Of a DNA stretch of 64,000 bases, positions 27,631 through 37,328 are shown piece after piece (positions within the stretch are counted from its first letter, which is position 1; every line of letters starts with the position of its first letter). This stretch comes from Planctomycetota bacterium (lineage in GTDB: Bacteria; Planctomycetota; UBA8108; SXIK01). The translations under genes were made by a program, and so were the position numbers. The DNA is taken from positions 608,001 through 672,000 of the forward strand of contig OZ244999.1 in the NCBI GenBank assembly GCA_965223265.1, given 5' to 3'. The notes below the pieces were generated by a model, which made no database searches, was not told the DNA's origin, and was given only the letters and a program-made list of their open reading frames with translations.

Positions 27631-30600
27631 ATGAGTCACAAGATACCTACCACGCACGACAGCCAGAAGGCGTCGGCTTCCATTCGCGCCTTGGCCACCG
27701 ACTGTCTCTGTGTTTTGACGTTCCTTTTGATGTTCAACGCTACAGCGCCGGCCGTCGCCGGCACGTGCAAGGATGGCGACTGCTCGTACTCGTCGTCCGC
27801 TGGTACGATTTCGATCGGCACCCAGGGATCAAAGCTTGACGACATCAACTTGCTCTTCTTCGACGAAGACGGGAACCCACAGCAGGAGCTCGACATAAAG
27901 AACAAGACCGCGGCCAGCTGCACATTCAAGAGCGGCCCCTATTGCGATGGCTCTCCTGGCTCTTGGTTCGGCTCGTGCCTCAACGGCGGCTGCGACACGA
28001 CCGGCGGCGGTAACAGGACTTATACCTTTCGTTCGACACTGGTTGCGACCGACGTGATTCGCGTCACTACAGACTCGCTGCTTGCCTACGCACGGGGAGA
28101 TGATTCAACTGATCTGTCTGTCGGTTGGGATGGGGGCGAAAGAGGGTTCGTCTCCGATGGCGGATTCCAGCCGAGGAGCCAGTCCGACTTCTTCGTCGAG
28201 CAGATCCTCGACGGAACAGACCTTGGAATGGAGCGCCACATCTTTCCCCTGAGCGGTGAGTACAAAGTCGAGCGCTGTTTCACGACGGGAAACTGCGACT
28301 GCAGCAACCAGTGCACCAGCGCCACCCTCCTGGTCTCGTGGCCGACGCCTGGCGGCACGATCGGCTGGGCCGACGGCGCTTCCGACTCTCGTACAGCGTG
28401 CGGCCCGACGGGCGTTGACTCCGTCCTGAGCAGCGAATCTCCGTTCGTGCTGAACTCGTCAGTCGTTGAAGTTTCTTGGGAGTCGTACCGCGACACCTCC
28501 GCCATTGTAGCTGTCGGCGACAACGACGTGGGCAAGTGGTTCGCGATAGCCGGAGCGAGCGAGCTGACTCTCTCGGTAAGCGCCCTCCAGGGCCGGCTCG
28601 CAGAATTCATCGACTCACCGAGCGCTGGAAAAACGGTTCAATTTAGACGGGTTTTCCATGACAGGCTACGCGACGAAACCACGTATTCGAACACCGTGTC
28701 GGTCCAGCTCACCGGAAACGACGACGAGATGCCGACGATTCAGAACAAGAGTCAAGCGGTGTGCTCCTTAGTTGATCTTCAGCTTATGCAGATTGACCTG
28801 CCCGCGCGCTGTACGGGCGGCGCCGGCTCGACCACGTATCAATGGATGAGATTTACCCCACTCGACCCCGTGCCGGAGATCATCAGCGGGGCGGTCTCAA
28901 GCACCTACAAACCGAACAGCCTGCCCGAAGGACTGCCGGTGTTCTTTAACTGCGTCGTTTCCTGCACGATCGGCGGATCGACGTGCGATTTTCTTTCTGA
29001 GACTGCGATGCTCTTCTTCCAACCAGGCGCAGGGCTCGTCTACTATCCCGATTTTGACTTTGATGGCTTCCCAGATCTGAACGGCGAGCCGATCGAGTCA
29101 TGTCTTGGCACTCCGGAGGGCTACGCCCACGAGAGCCTTGAAGCGGACTGCTTCCCCGCTTTGTCGCGCAACTTTCCAGGTCAACGCTGGTACATCGATT
29201 TCGATTTCGACGGGGCTCCCGACGAGGAGAGCGAGATCGTCTCCTGCACGACACCGCCCGATCATCCGTCGGGAAGAGACTATAAACCGCTCGCGGAGTT
29301 CGCGATTCAGGAGTTTGACTGCAACGACCAGGACCCGGCTGTGACTCCGGCGCAGATCTGGTACTTGGACGCCGACGAAGACGGTTATCCAGAAGGCACA
29401 ACGCTCGAGAGGTGTGAGCGCACGGGTGGATACCGACTCGCGAGCGAGCTCGCCAGTACCATTGAGATCGATTGTGACGACGCCGATCCAGAGATCAACC
29501 CGGAAACGGTTTGGGTAGCCGATGCAGACATGGACGGCTACGGCAATGACGCAGCGCCGCTCTCGACCGGATGCGAGCGGCCCCAGAGTGGTTTCTTGTT
29601 GAGCGAACTCCTCGGGTCTGATTGCGACGACACGACCGAAGCCATCACCGCAGCGCAGCCTTGGTACCGCGATCTCGATCTCGATGGATACCCGGCTGCA
29701 GAAGTCGAGGGGGGAGACGTGCCTTGGACCAGCGTTCAGTGCGGTCCGGGCGGCGGTTTTGACTTTCAGCCGGCAGATCTCGTTACGATCGACGAAGTCG
29801 ACTGCGACGACAACATTCGCAGGAGGCGGCCCGATCAGCGCTGGTATCCTGATGCCGATGGTGATGGCCGTGGCGACTCCATGTCAACGGGCTACGTCGC
29901 CTGTCTACCCGTGAACGAGAGCGATGTGGTGAACCATCTCGACTGCGACGACTCAAACAGCGACCCCGAGGCGTGCGCCCCGTTCACAGACCCGGGTAAC
30001 GCGCTCGCTTTTGGTGACAACACCGCGGCGTTGAAAGTGAGAGATTCGTCGCGATTCTTGGTCGTCGCGGACCGAGATTTTTCGATTTCGCTTTGGCTTT
30101 CTGTGCTCCCAGATTCGTTTGAGCAGTTCGTCATGTCGAAAGGTCATCCTTGTCGCGGCGCGGACGTGAACCAGTTCTGGGCACTCACGGTGACGCCATC
30201 AGGAGACGTGCGTTTTCAAATCCAGACTCTCAGCACGAACCACGTCGAAATTCTGAGTCAGACTCCGATCAACGACGGCGGTTGGCATCATGTCGTCGTA
30301 CGCCGGGAAGGTGACGAGTTGACGATATGGCTCGATGGGCAACTCGACGCAGTCGTGATCTCCTCGCTGGTTCACAGCGTAGAGGTGACCGAGCCGGTTC
30401 GCTTTGGTGCGCCCGCACTGGACGCAGGCGACGCCCCATCAGATTCCTGTGGCTCTGGGTTCTCCGGCAGTCTCGACGAGGTCAGCTTTTGGGGAATCGC
30501 GCTACGTGAAATCTCGATTCAGCTTGAAGATTTTCACACGCTGCGCACCGGCGAGCCGGGCGCGGTTGCCTACTGGCAATTCAATGAGAGTCCTCAAGAG

Positions 30601-31422
30601 CCTGACACGGCGTTCGATCTCATCGGCGGCGGCCATGCCACGGCGCTAGGCAGCGTCGAGCGCGTCACCTCCGGCGCCCCAATCGGTCTGGGAATCACAC
30701 AGCGGCGCATCGTTGACCTGCGGTTTTCGTGGCCACGCATCGACTTCGTTCCCATCATCGGCGTCGACATCGTCTCACCGCAGCTCTCCGGCGAGCTGGG
30801 AACCGTTCTCGAAGTCACGCGGCTCGACGCAATGCCGGTCGGAACGCTGCCGCCAGTCGCGGCAGGAGACTTGTTCCCGAGTTACTGGATCGTCGAGGAC
30901 CGTGGTCCAGATCAACTCACGATGGGGTCACTATCGGTCGAGCTCGGAGACGGATTGATCACGCCCGAACTCGTCGAGAACCCCAGCGCCATGCGACTCT
31001 TTGGCCGGACCTCGCGTACAAACGGACCGTGGACCCTACGAAGCGTCGGCACGCAAGCGGTCACTCAAGGCGAGGTCACCTTCGGTCCTGGCGATGTCAC
31101 CGGACAGCTGGCGGTTGTCATCGGCGATCCTAGCGACGTGTTCGGCCTTCTGCGTGGTGACTGTAATGGCGACGGGGGAGTGGACATCTCCGACGGTATC
31201 TTCCACCTCAATTCCCTCTTTGTCCTCGGCTCGGAGCAAACCGATTGCCTCGAAGCGTGCAACTCAAACGACGACGACGCCAGCGACATCTCCGACGCAA
31301 TCTTCACGTTCAACTTCCTTTTCGTTGCCGGCAGCGAGACGATTCCTTCCCCTTATCCGGTGTGCGGGCCCGATCCAGCGATCGCTATGAGCTTGGGCTG
31401 CGAACGTTTCGGTTGCGAGTAG
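27631..31422 (+). CDS. Large secreted protein with repeated WYxDxDxDG...DC(N/D)D metal-binding motifs, LamG-like domain and C-terminal dockerin-like domain
   Basis: Signal-like N-terminus; repeats WYLDADEDGY, WYRDLDLDGY, WYPDADGDG with DCDD; LamG motifs DGGWHHVVV and FSGSLDEVSFW; LLRGDCNGDGGVDISD tail. Confidence 0.85.
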   Translation: MSHKIPTTHDSQKASASIRALATDCLCVLTFLLMFNATAPAVAGTCKDGDCSYSSSAGTISIGTQGSKLDDINLLFFDEDGNPQQELDIKNKTAASCTFKSGPYCDGSPGSWFGSCLNGGCDTTGGGNRTYTFRSTLVATDVIRVTTDSLLAYARGDDSTDLSVGWDGGERGFVSDGGFQPRSQSDFFVEQILDGTDLGMERHIFPLSGEYKVERCFTTGNCDCSNQCTSATLLVSWPTPGGTIGWADGASDSRTACGPTGVDSVLSSESPFVLNSSVVEVSWESYRDTSAIVAVGDNDVGKWFAIAGASELTLSVSALQGRLAEFIDSPSAGKTVQFRRVFHDRLRDETTYSNTVSVQLTGNDDEMPTIQNKSQAVCSLVDLQLMQIDLPARCTGGAGSTTYQWMRFTPLDPVPEIISGAVSSTYKPNSLPEGLPVFFNCVVSCTIGGSTCDFLSETAMLFFQPGAGLVYYPDFDFDGFPDLNGEPIESCLGTPEGYAHESLEADCFPALSRNFPGQRWYIDFDFDGAPDEESEIVSCTTPPDHPSGRDYKPLAEFAIQEFDCNDQDPAVTPAQIWYLDADEDGYPEGTTLERCERTGGYRLASELASTIEIDCDDADPEINPETVWVADADMDGYGNDAAPLSTGCERPQSGFLLSELLGSDCDDTTEAITAAQPWYRDLDLDGYPAAEVEGGDVPWTSVQCGPGGGFDFQPADLVTIDEVDCDDNIRRRRPDQRWYPDADGDGRGDSMSTGYVACLPVNESDVVNHLDCDDSNSDPEACAPFTDPGNALAFGDNTAALKVRDSSRFLVVADRDFSISLWLSVLPDSFEQFVMSKGHPCRGADVNQFWALTVTPSGDVRFQIQTLSTNHVEILSQTPINDGGWHHVVVRREGDELTIWLDGQLDAVVISSLVHSVEVTEPVRFGAPALDAGDAPSDSCGSGFSGSLDEVSFWGIALREISIQLEDFHTLRTGEPGAVAYWQFNESPQEPDTAFDLIGGGHATALGSVERVTSGAPIGLGITQRRIVDLRFSWPRIDFVPIIGVDIVSPQLSGELGTVLEVTRLDAMPVGTLPPVAAGDLFPSYWIVEDRGPDQLTMGSLSVELGDGLITPELVENPSAMRLFGRTSRTNGPWTLRSVGTQAVTQGEVTFGPGDVTGQLAVVIGDPSDVFGLLRGDCNGDGGVDISDGIFHLNSLFVLGSEQTDCLEACNSNDDDASDISDAIFTFNFLFVAGSETIPSPYPVCGPDPAIAMSLGCERFGCE

Positions 31423-31542
31423 ACTGGAGCGCTGCAAATGGTTGCTGTCTGCCTGCTACTTTGAAGATCGAGTTGGCGGCGGTGCGTCTGGCGCGGCAGC
31501 CGAAAAACGGCACGCACCGCATGTGTCCCCGAACGCCTCAAG

Positions 31543-31575
31543 AAAAAAACCCCAAGCTCGTAGGAGCTTGAGGTT
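31543..31575 (-). terminator. Rho-independent terminator of the tRNA-Glu gene
   Basis: Minus strand AACCTCAAGCTC-CTAC-GAGCTTGGGGTTTTTTT directly after the CCA end. Confidence 0.8.
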
Positions 31576-31581
31576 GCGTGC

Positions 31582-31659
31582 TGGTGACCCCATGGGGATT
31601 TGAACCCCAGTTACAAGGATGAGAACCTTGTGTCCTAGGCCAGGCTAGACGATGGGGCC
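31582..31659 (-). tRNA. tRNA-Glu (anticodon CTC)
   Basis: Reverse complement GGCCCCATCGTCTAGCCTGGCCTAGGACA-CAAGG-TT-CTC-AT-CCTTG-TAACTGGGGTTCAAATCCCCATGGGGTCACCA: cloverleaf, TTC loop, encoded CCA. Confidence 0.95.
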
Positions 31660-31709
31660 TCATTCTTCGTCGTAGCGAGCCGCGTTAGGACGCTCGCTAC
31701 GAAGGCGCT

Positions 31710-31737
31710 ATGATAGGAGTTGCCGCGAGGCGGTCAA
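31710..31737 (-). promoter_or_regulatory. sigma70-type promoter for tRNA-Glu
   Basis: TTGACC (31737-31732), 16 nt, TATCAT (31715-31710); a leader hairpin CGTAGCGAGC/GCTCGCTACG follows at 31671-31701. Confidence 0.6.
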
Positions 31738-32174
31738 GGGGGAAGTTGGGCTCCGTCCTTGGTCTTCGTCCCTGGGACAATCTGAAGTGGCGGCCGGTCG
31801 AAACGGGCGCGCACCCGGTTGACGGTCCGCAGAACACGCGGTCGACCGACAAGAGCTCTCTCGAGCCGGAATTTGCCCGGAAACTCGATGAGAATCAGCC
31901 CCATGAACATCGTCAGGATGCCTTGCCCCGGGAGGACGAGCATGGCGGTGCCGGAGACCAGGAAGATCGCTCCGAGGGCGTTCTTTGCCAGCCTCCAGAG
32001 AACGCCGCGACGGCCGGGTCTCCGCCGCCGCTCCGCGGCGCTGGTGACGAAATAATCCGCCGGCAAGCGCACGACGACGACCGGAAGGAGGATCGCCGTT
32101 AGCACGAGAGAGCCTACCGAGAGGACCAGCAACCAGAAGACGACGCTGGGGTTGTCTTTGAGCCAATCGATCAT
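31734..32174 (-). CDS. PGPGW-family putative transmembrane protein
   Basis: Hydrophobic helices, RLPADYF, MLVLPGQGILT variant of the family motif. Confidence 0.8.
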   Translation of the reverse strand: MIDWLKDNPSVVFWLLVLSVGSLVLTAILLPVVVVRLPADYFVTSAAERRRRPGRRGVLWRLAKNALGAIFLVSGTAMLVLPGQGILTMFMGLILIEFPGKFRLERALVGRPRVLRTVNRVRARFDRPPLQIVPGTKTKDGAQLPP

Positions 32175-32225
32175 CGACTCGTCACCAGCACCTCTTCGAT
32201 CGAATCAGCATTCCAGTGGCGCGAC

Positions 32226-32507
32226 TCAATCAGAGCGCTGCGTAATCTCGATGAGATGGTATCCAAACTGCGTCTGCACGGGACCATGGACTTTGCCGAC
32301 CTCGGCACTGAAGACAACGTCGTCGAACTCTTTGACCATCTGTCCGGGTCGGAATTCGCCAAGTGCGCCACCTTGCTGTCCGGAGGGGCACTCCGAGTGT
32401 TTCTTGGCGAGCTCGGCGAAGTCAGCGCCGGCCTCGATCTCTGCTTTGAGGTTCTCACAGGCGGCTTCGTTCTTGACGAGAATGTGACGGGCGCTGGCGG
32501 TTGCCAT
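32226..32507 (-). CDS. ppiC: Parvulin-type peptidyl-prolyl cis-trans isomerase
   Basis: ASARHILV, FAELAKKHSECPS..GGALGEF.PGQMV.EFD, GPVQTQFGYHLIE; 93 aa. Confidence 0.95.
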   Translation of the reverse strand: MATASARHILVKNEAACENLKAEIEAGADFAELAKKHSECPSGQQGGALGEFRPGQMVKEFDDVVFSAEVGKVHGPVQTQFGYHLIEITQRSD

Positions 32508-32889
32508 GGGTTCTCCTTGGTGGCGGTGAATCGTCGCGATCTGCTTGAGTCGTCTCGACGAGTCCTTCGAGGGAAGACTGCGAGGCGAACCTTGACCGTC
32601 ATCCGTCGTGGCTCCCGGCGCCGGTCGTATGGCAACGATGCGCGCAAGTCGGACGAACAGTGCCGCATGCTACCACGGAGGAAAACTGTCTGCCACTCCA
32701 GGAACGAAAGGGCGACATGCTCGGGAATGGACCACTGCGCACGGTGGTGACCGACCTGATTCGTGAAAACAGGTGCTCTGACCTGTATCACAAGGGCCGC
32801 GCGTCGATACGGCTTGTTGAGCAAAGAAAAAGAGCCGCTGGCCGCGCGACGTGTGCGCTGCCAGCGGCTTCCTTGCCTGTACTGAACGT

Positions 32890-35514
32890 CTACTCGTGAG
32901 CCTGGAACAGGATGTCGCTGCCGCCGCGGCCGTCATAGTTGCCGAGTCCGACCGTCCAATCGGTTTCTCTCACCATCCAGCTGCCGAAGAGCGTGCCGTG
33001 GCGAGTCATGTCGATATGCGTCATCGTTGGGCCGTCGCGGGTCAGGACACCATATCCCCAGCCGCTCCGGAGGAGGAGGTCGTCGGCGCCGTCGCCGTTG
33101 ACGTCGGCTATGCCGACAATGAAGTTGGCGGTGGAGTCGAAGTTCCAGTGGCCGAACCACGTTCCGTTCGCGCGCTGAACGATCGTGGCGAACGTTGTGC
33201 CGAATTCGACCAGCACGGCAATTCCCCAACTGCTCGTCACAATGATATCGTCGCGCCCGTCGCCGTTCATGTCACCGATACCGTTGAAGACGTCTCCACG
33301 GGCGTCGAACGTCCAACCGATGAACCGCGTGCCGTCACGAGCGACGACCGTGGACGTCAGGGTGCTGCCGCTCCGCGTCAGAGTGCCGATCCATAGCGCA
33401 CTTCGGATCAGGATGTCATCGCTGCCGTCACCGTTGAAGTCTCCGACACCGAGAATCGTGTTTTCGGAGCCACTGAAGTTCCAGCCGCCGAAGAACGTGC
33501 CACTCGACTTGGCGACGAGGGATGTGAAGCTGCTTCCCGCCAGCGTCAGAATGCCAATGCCGCTATTGCGCTTGACGAGGAGGTCGGTCACGCTGTCGCC
33601 GTTGAAGTCTCCGAGCCAGATGCGATCGGTCGCGGAGTTGAAGACCCAGCCTCCGAACGCCGTGCCGTTGGGCTGCACGACGAGCGACGTCAGCGTGTTA
33701 CCGCTGCGCGTCAAAACGCCGATGCCCCAGCCGCTTGTTACCACGATGTCGTCGCGGCCGTCACGGTTGAAATCGCCCACGCCGACGATCTTGTTGACTC
33801 TAGAATCGAAGTTCCAGCCACCAAACCAGCCGTTCGGCTGCGCGACCAGCGAGCGCCACCGACTGCCGTCGAAGGTGAGGATGCCGATGCCCCAGCTGCT
33901 CGTGATCAGGATGTCGTCGCGACCGTTGCCGTCGAAGTCACCGGAGTCTTCGATCGTGTTCGCTGTGCCGTAGTGCCAACCACCCGCCCAATCCTCTGCC
34001 GGCAGGATCGCCTCGTCGACGAGCTCTGATCCTTCGGCGACGATGATTCCGAGCCCCTTTTGACCCGGATCGTTCACGCACTCGCAGTCCCACGAATCGT
34101 ATCCGTCGATCAGGCGCAGTTGGTTGTCACCGGGGCACGCATCAATGTCGCCGCAGCGCTGTGCCGACAGCGAGATCACCTCGCTGATGCAGTTGCCGAT
34201 GATGTATGGCATGGTGTTGACTTGGAAGTGCCACGAGGGATCACCGCTGTAGCCGCAAGCGACGATGGCGTCATCCTGCTCGTTGGCGCCGTGGGTGTAG
34301 CCGTGGGTGTGCATGACTTCGTGCCAGACGATGCCTGCGGCCTGCGAGTACGGCCAAGGGTATGCTGCGAAGCGGCAGTCATCATCTCCCGGGTTCTCAC
34401 CGGAACCGCAAGTTCGTTTCGATAGCTGATCATGGACGGACGCCAGCCAGCCGCCCCAGCGAAACTCTTCGTCGCCGGTGTGCCCGAACGTGCCGATCCC
34501 GGTCGACGCGTTACCGCTACCGCCGCTGCAGAAGATGTTGACCGTGTTGACGCTGCGGCAAACTTCGAGGACCTTCTGGATCTGCACCTCGATGGCTTGG
34601 TCGAACCACGGATCCGTGTTGCATTGGCGATACGTCGACCGCAGCTTGGTGTCGACGCACTCTTCGAAGGCGCGCGAGACAGCGGCGATGCGGCCGTACT
34701 TCATGATGTCTTCGTTGAACTTCTGCAGGTCCGGCGAGCAGTCACCTTCAAACGTGATGTCTCCTAGAAGAGCCGCGTGAGTTGTGCCGAGAAAGTTGTT
34801 GTCAGGGTTGCAGTCGATTTCGTGCTGCGCAGAATCACCGAACAAGACCTCGAAGACGACCTCGAGCGTCACCGTGCGACTCAGGTCGTAGGAGAACTCC
34901 TGGTCGTACTCGATCGTCATGGTCTCGCCGGGGGCGAGTTCGAGGATGTTCTCGACGACTCGCATGGTTCGCGTGCCTTCGCTGTCCGTCTCGGTGAGAA
35001 TCGCCAGCGCGCTGCCCGGCACCGACGTAAACGGCACTGTCCCGTCGTTGCGAACCGTGGCGACGACACGCGTGACGCTCGTTGAGAACTCTGTCAGGTT
35101 GGCAAGCTCGAAGTCGATCGACACCGCCGCGAGATCGGCGCACAGGATTTCGACCGGACTCGAGCAGCGGTTCTTGCCACACGAGAGAGCGTCTGGGGTC
35201 GGATCGAAGCCGCAGCTGCCGAACGGCGCATTCGGTCGATCGCCGCCGACGAAGAGAAACCCGAGGAGATTCACCGGGTCGCTGATGTCGAGGACGCTGT
35301 CGTCGTTGACGTCGGCGGCCTTGTGGCAAGGCGGTTCAGCGCTGCTGTCGACGAAGAGATACGACAGCGCGCGCACCGCATCGGAGATGTCGACAGCACC
35401 GTCGTCATTGACGTCGCCGCGCTCAAATTGGTTCTGCGCCATCGCGACGTTCCCTGTTCCAAGAACGAGGCCACCGAGAAGAAAGAGCACGTAGCGAGCA
35501 TTGACCTTGAACAT
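32890..35514 (-). CDS. Secreted metalloprotease: N-terminal dockerin-like, CARDB/Ig-like, zincin domain, 7-repeat FG-GAP-like propeller
   Basis: Signal peptide MFKVNARYVLFLLGGLVLGTGNVAMAQ; FERGDVNDDGAVDISD; HEVMHTHGYTH; seven ~56-aa repeats with GDFNGDGxDD and WGIGVL. Confidence 0.85.
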   Translation of the reverse strand: MFKVNARYVLFLLGGLVLGTGNVAMAQNQFERGDVNDDGAVDISDAVRALSYLFVDSSAEPPCHKAADVNDDSVLDISDPVNLLGFLFVGGDRPNAPFGSCGFDPTPDALSCGKNRCSSPVEILCADLAAVSIDFELANLTEFSTSVTRVVATVRNDGTVPFTSVPGSALAILTETDSEGTRTMRVVENILELAPGETMTIEYDQEFSYDLSRTVTLEVVFEVLFGDSAQHEIDCNPDNNFLGTTHAALLGDITFEGDCSPDLQKFNEDIMKYGRIAAVSRAFEECVDTKLRSTYRQCNTDPWFDQAIEVQIQKVLEVCRSVNTVNIFCSGGSGNASTGIGTFGHTGDEEFRWGGWLASVHDQLSKRTCGSGENPGDDDCRFAAYPWPYSQAAGIVWHEVMHTHGYTHGANEQDDAIVACGYSGDPSWHFQVNTMPYIIGNCISEVISLSAQRCGDIDACPGDNQLRLIDGYDSWDCECVNDPGQKGLGIIVAEGSELVDEAILPAEDWAGGWHYGTANTIEDSGDFDGNGRDDILITSSWGIGILTFDGSRWRSLVAQPNGWFGGWNFDSRVNKIVGVGDFNRDGRDDIVVTSGWGIGVLTRSGNTLTSLVVQPNGTAFGGWVFNSATDRIWLGDFNGDSVTDLLVKRNSGIGILTLAGSSFTSLVAKSSGTFFGGWNFSGSENTILGVGDFNGDGSDDILIRSALWIGTLTRSGSTLTSTVVARDGTRFIGWTFDARGDVFNGIGDMNGDGRDDIIVTSSWGIAVLVEFGTTFATIVQRANGTWFGHWNFDSTANFIVGIADVNGDGADDLLLRSGWGYGVLTRDGPTMTHIDMTRHGTLFGSWMVRETDWTVGLGNYDGRGGSDILFQAHE

Positions 35515-35762
35515 CCGAAGCACCTTTCGTGGAAGTGAGTGGTTGGCCAGGCGCGTCCATGCGCCCGTCACTGCAGAAGGGGCCACGAAAGGCCGGAGTG
35601 TGACTGGGTTTTTCGTGAGCGCCCGCTATGAAGCGGCGCTGGTGGTGCAAGTGGTTGATTCGTTGGGTCTTACGTCTTGGGCGGAGGCGGAGACAGAGGC
35701 GGAGGCGTAAATTCCGTTCCCAAGTCGGACGGATGGGTTGATGGGTTTTTCAACGGCCTGTT

Positions 35763-35894
35763 AAACGCCGACGCACTCGCCCACGCCGACGCACTCGCCC
35801 ACGCCGACGCACTCGCCCACGCCGACGCCGACGCCCACGCCGACGCCCACGCCGACGCACTCGCCCACGCCCACGCCCACGCACTCGCAAACGC
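35763..35894. repeat. 22 tandem hexamers NNNCGC (CGACGC/ACTCGC/CCACGC)
   Basis: Read directly; an 18-bp higher-order unit CGACGCACTCGCCCACGC is repeated. Confidence 0.92.
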
Positions 35895-36206
35895 GTATGC
35901 CCCAGCTCAGCGTTTCACCGAAATCTCCCCGCCCCTTCTCCTCGCATCGAGCGTCAATCGGCCGCACCACCCTGCCCGCATTGATCACCAGATTCCTACT
36001 GCGGGCCGTAAGTCGCGCTTTCGTCCTCCTCGATCGGACTCGACTGCGTCAGACTTCACGCTTCGATCCTCAGTGTGCAGGAAGCACTTTCGTCCTCCCT
36101 CCTCGGTCGGACTCAACGGTCGAATCGCAAAGTCTTCCTTGCCACGACTCGACTTACGGCTCCTGGCTACGGATTTTGGTGTTAGGTTAGGCTCGCTGCC
36201 GAGCCT

Positions 36207-36884
36207 CTAGTCCCACCAGAAGTACCAGTACTCCGCATTCAAAAGACTGGCGGCGAGATGGCTTAGCGTCTCCGTGCCTTGGTGCACGAGATCCGGGCAG
36301 TACACGAACTGTTCGTCGGCGAGCGCGAGAGCTTGCTCTCGCGTATTTGGGGGTCTCGCGACGACGAACTCGACGAGCTCGCCGGTTGCGCTGACGATCT
36401 CGGCGCCATACTCCTCGTACCACTTTTTCGCCAGTGCCACGTGGACGACAGGTGGAGGGCATTCGTTCCAGTCACCGAACGTCAGGTGTGCAGGAATCTC
36501 CCATGGCGCGCGTGCGTCGATTAGAGTGAGCGACACCTGAGGCTTGGGCTTGCCCGAGAGAACGTCGCAGTGAGCGACGAGCGAATGTTGTCCTGGAGTC
36601 GGTTCCGGCCACTTCCCGGGCTCTGCTGTGTAGTAGTCCGGGTCGCTCGCCAGTCTTCGCGCCAGCCAAGCGGTGACGTCGAGATTCTGTGCCGCAGAAA
36701 TCGTTGCTTCGATGTCTGCCTGCGCGTCTGGTAAACATTCGGCGATCGCCTCGACGTCGTCTGCATCGCCGAGAAGCACGGGGTAGAGGCCGCTGTCTGC
36801 TGACTGGCGTCGCAGCTCGTCAAGTCGCCTCAGTGCGTCAGAACCTGCGAGAACTTCGACGGGGAACGAAAACTCACGAGTCAT
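36207..36884 (-). CDS. DUF4253 domain-containing protein
   Basis: FGDWNECP, WYEEYGAEIV, LADEQFVYCPDLVHQG, terminal WYFWWD. Confidence 0.88.
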   Translation of the reverse strand: MTREFSFPVEVLAGSDALRRLDELRRQSADSGLYPVLLGDADDVEAIAECLPDAQADIEATISAAQNLDVTAWLARRLASDPDYYTAEPGKWPEPTPGQHSLVAHCDVLSGKPKPQVSLTLIDARAPWEIPAHLTFGDWNECPPPVVHVALAKKWYEEYGAEIVSATGELVEFVVARPPNTREQALALADEQFVYCPDLVHQGTETLSHLAASLLNAEYWYFWWD

Positions 36885-37328
36885 GGCGAATCTCCGTCTT
36901 GGGTCGTCTAGAGAAACACTGCACTCCACGCCTCGGCTCTCACTAGCCGTCGTCTCTTTCAAGTTTCGGAACTAGCCGCCGCAATCTTTCATGAAACTGC
37001 GGCGGACCACCAGAGCATGTGGACCCTAAACGTCGTCAGCTGAGACCTCGTGAGTCTTCCGGAGTCCTGTCGTGCTGCCATGACCCCCCCGGCGCGCTGG
37101 GGGCCCGGAAGGGCGTCGGGACCGCCAGATGGCACGTTATCGGGAGCCTTCCACCGGCTTGGCCTTGCGCCGCGTAGTGGAACCCTTGGCGAACGATCTC
37201 TCCTCGTGGGTATCGTCACACTCGTCCCCAGTGTTGACGCTGCCCCCCTTCGCCCGTACTCTCGTTTCCTTGCGTGGCAACAGCCGTACTCGTTCGCGCG
37301 CCAATAGAACGTCCGGAGGGCCAACCCG

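Noticed and set aside
31582-31659. Integrative element at tRNA-Glu
   Set aside because: No integrase seen and no duplicated tRNA 3' end noticed in the window; the terminator directly follows the gene.
37050-37190. SRP, 6S, tmRNA or a known riboswitch
   Set aside because: Signature motifs (e.g. SRP TCAGG..GGAAG..AGCAGC) not found on either strand.
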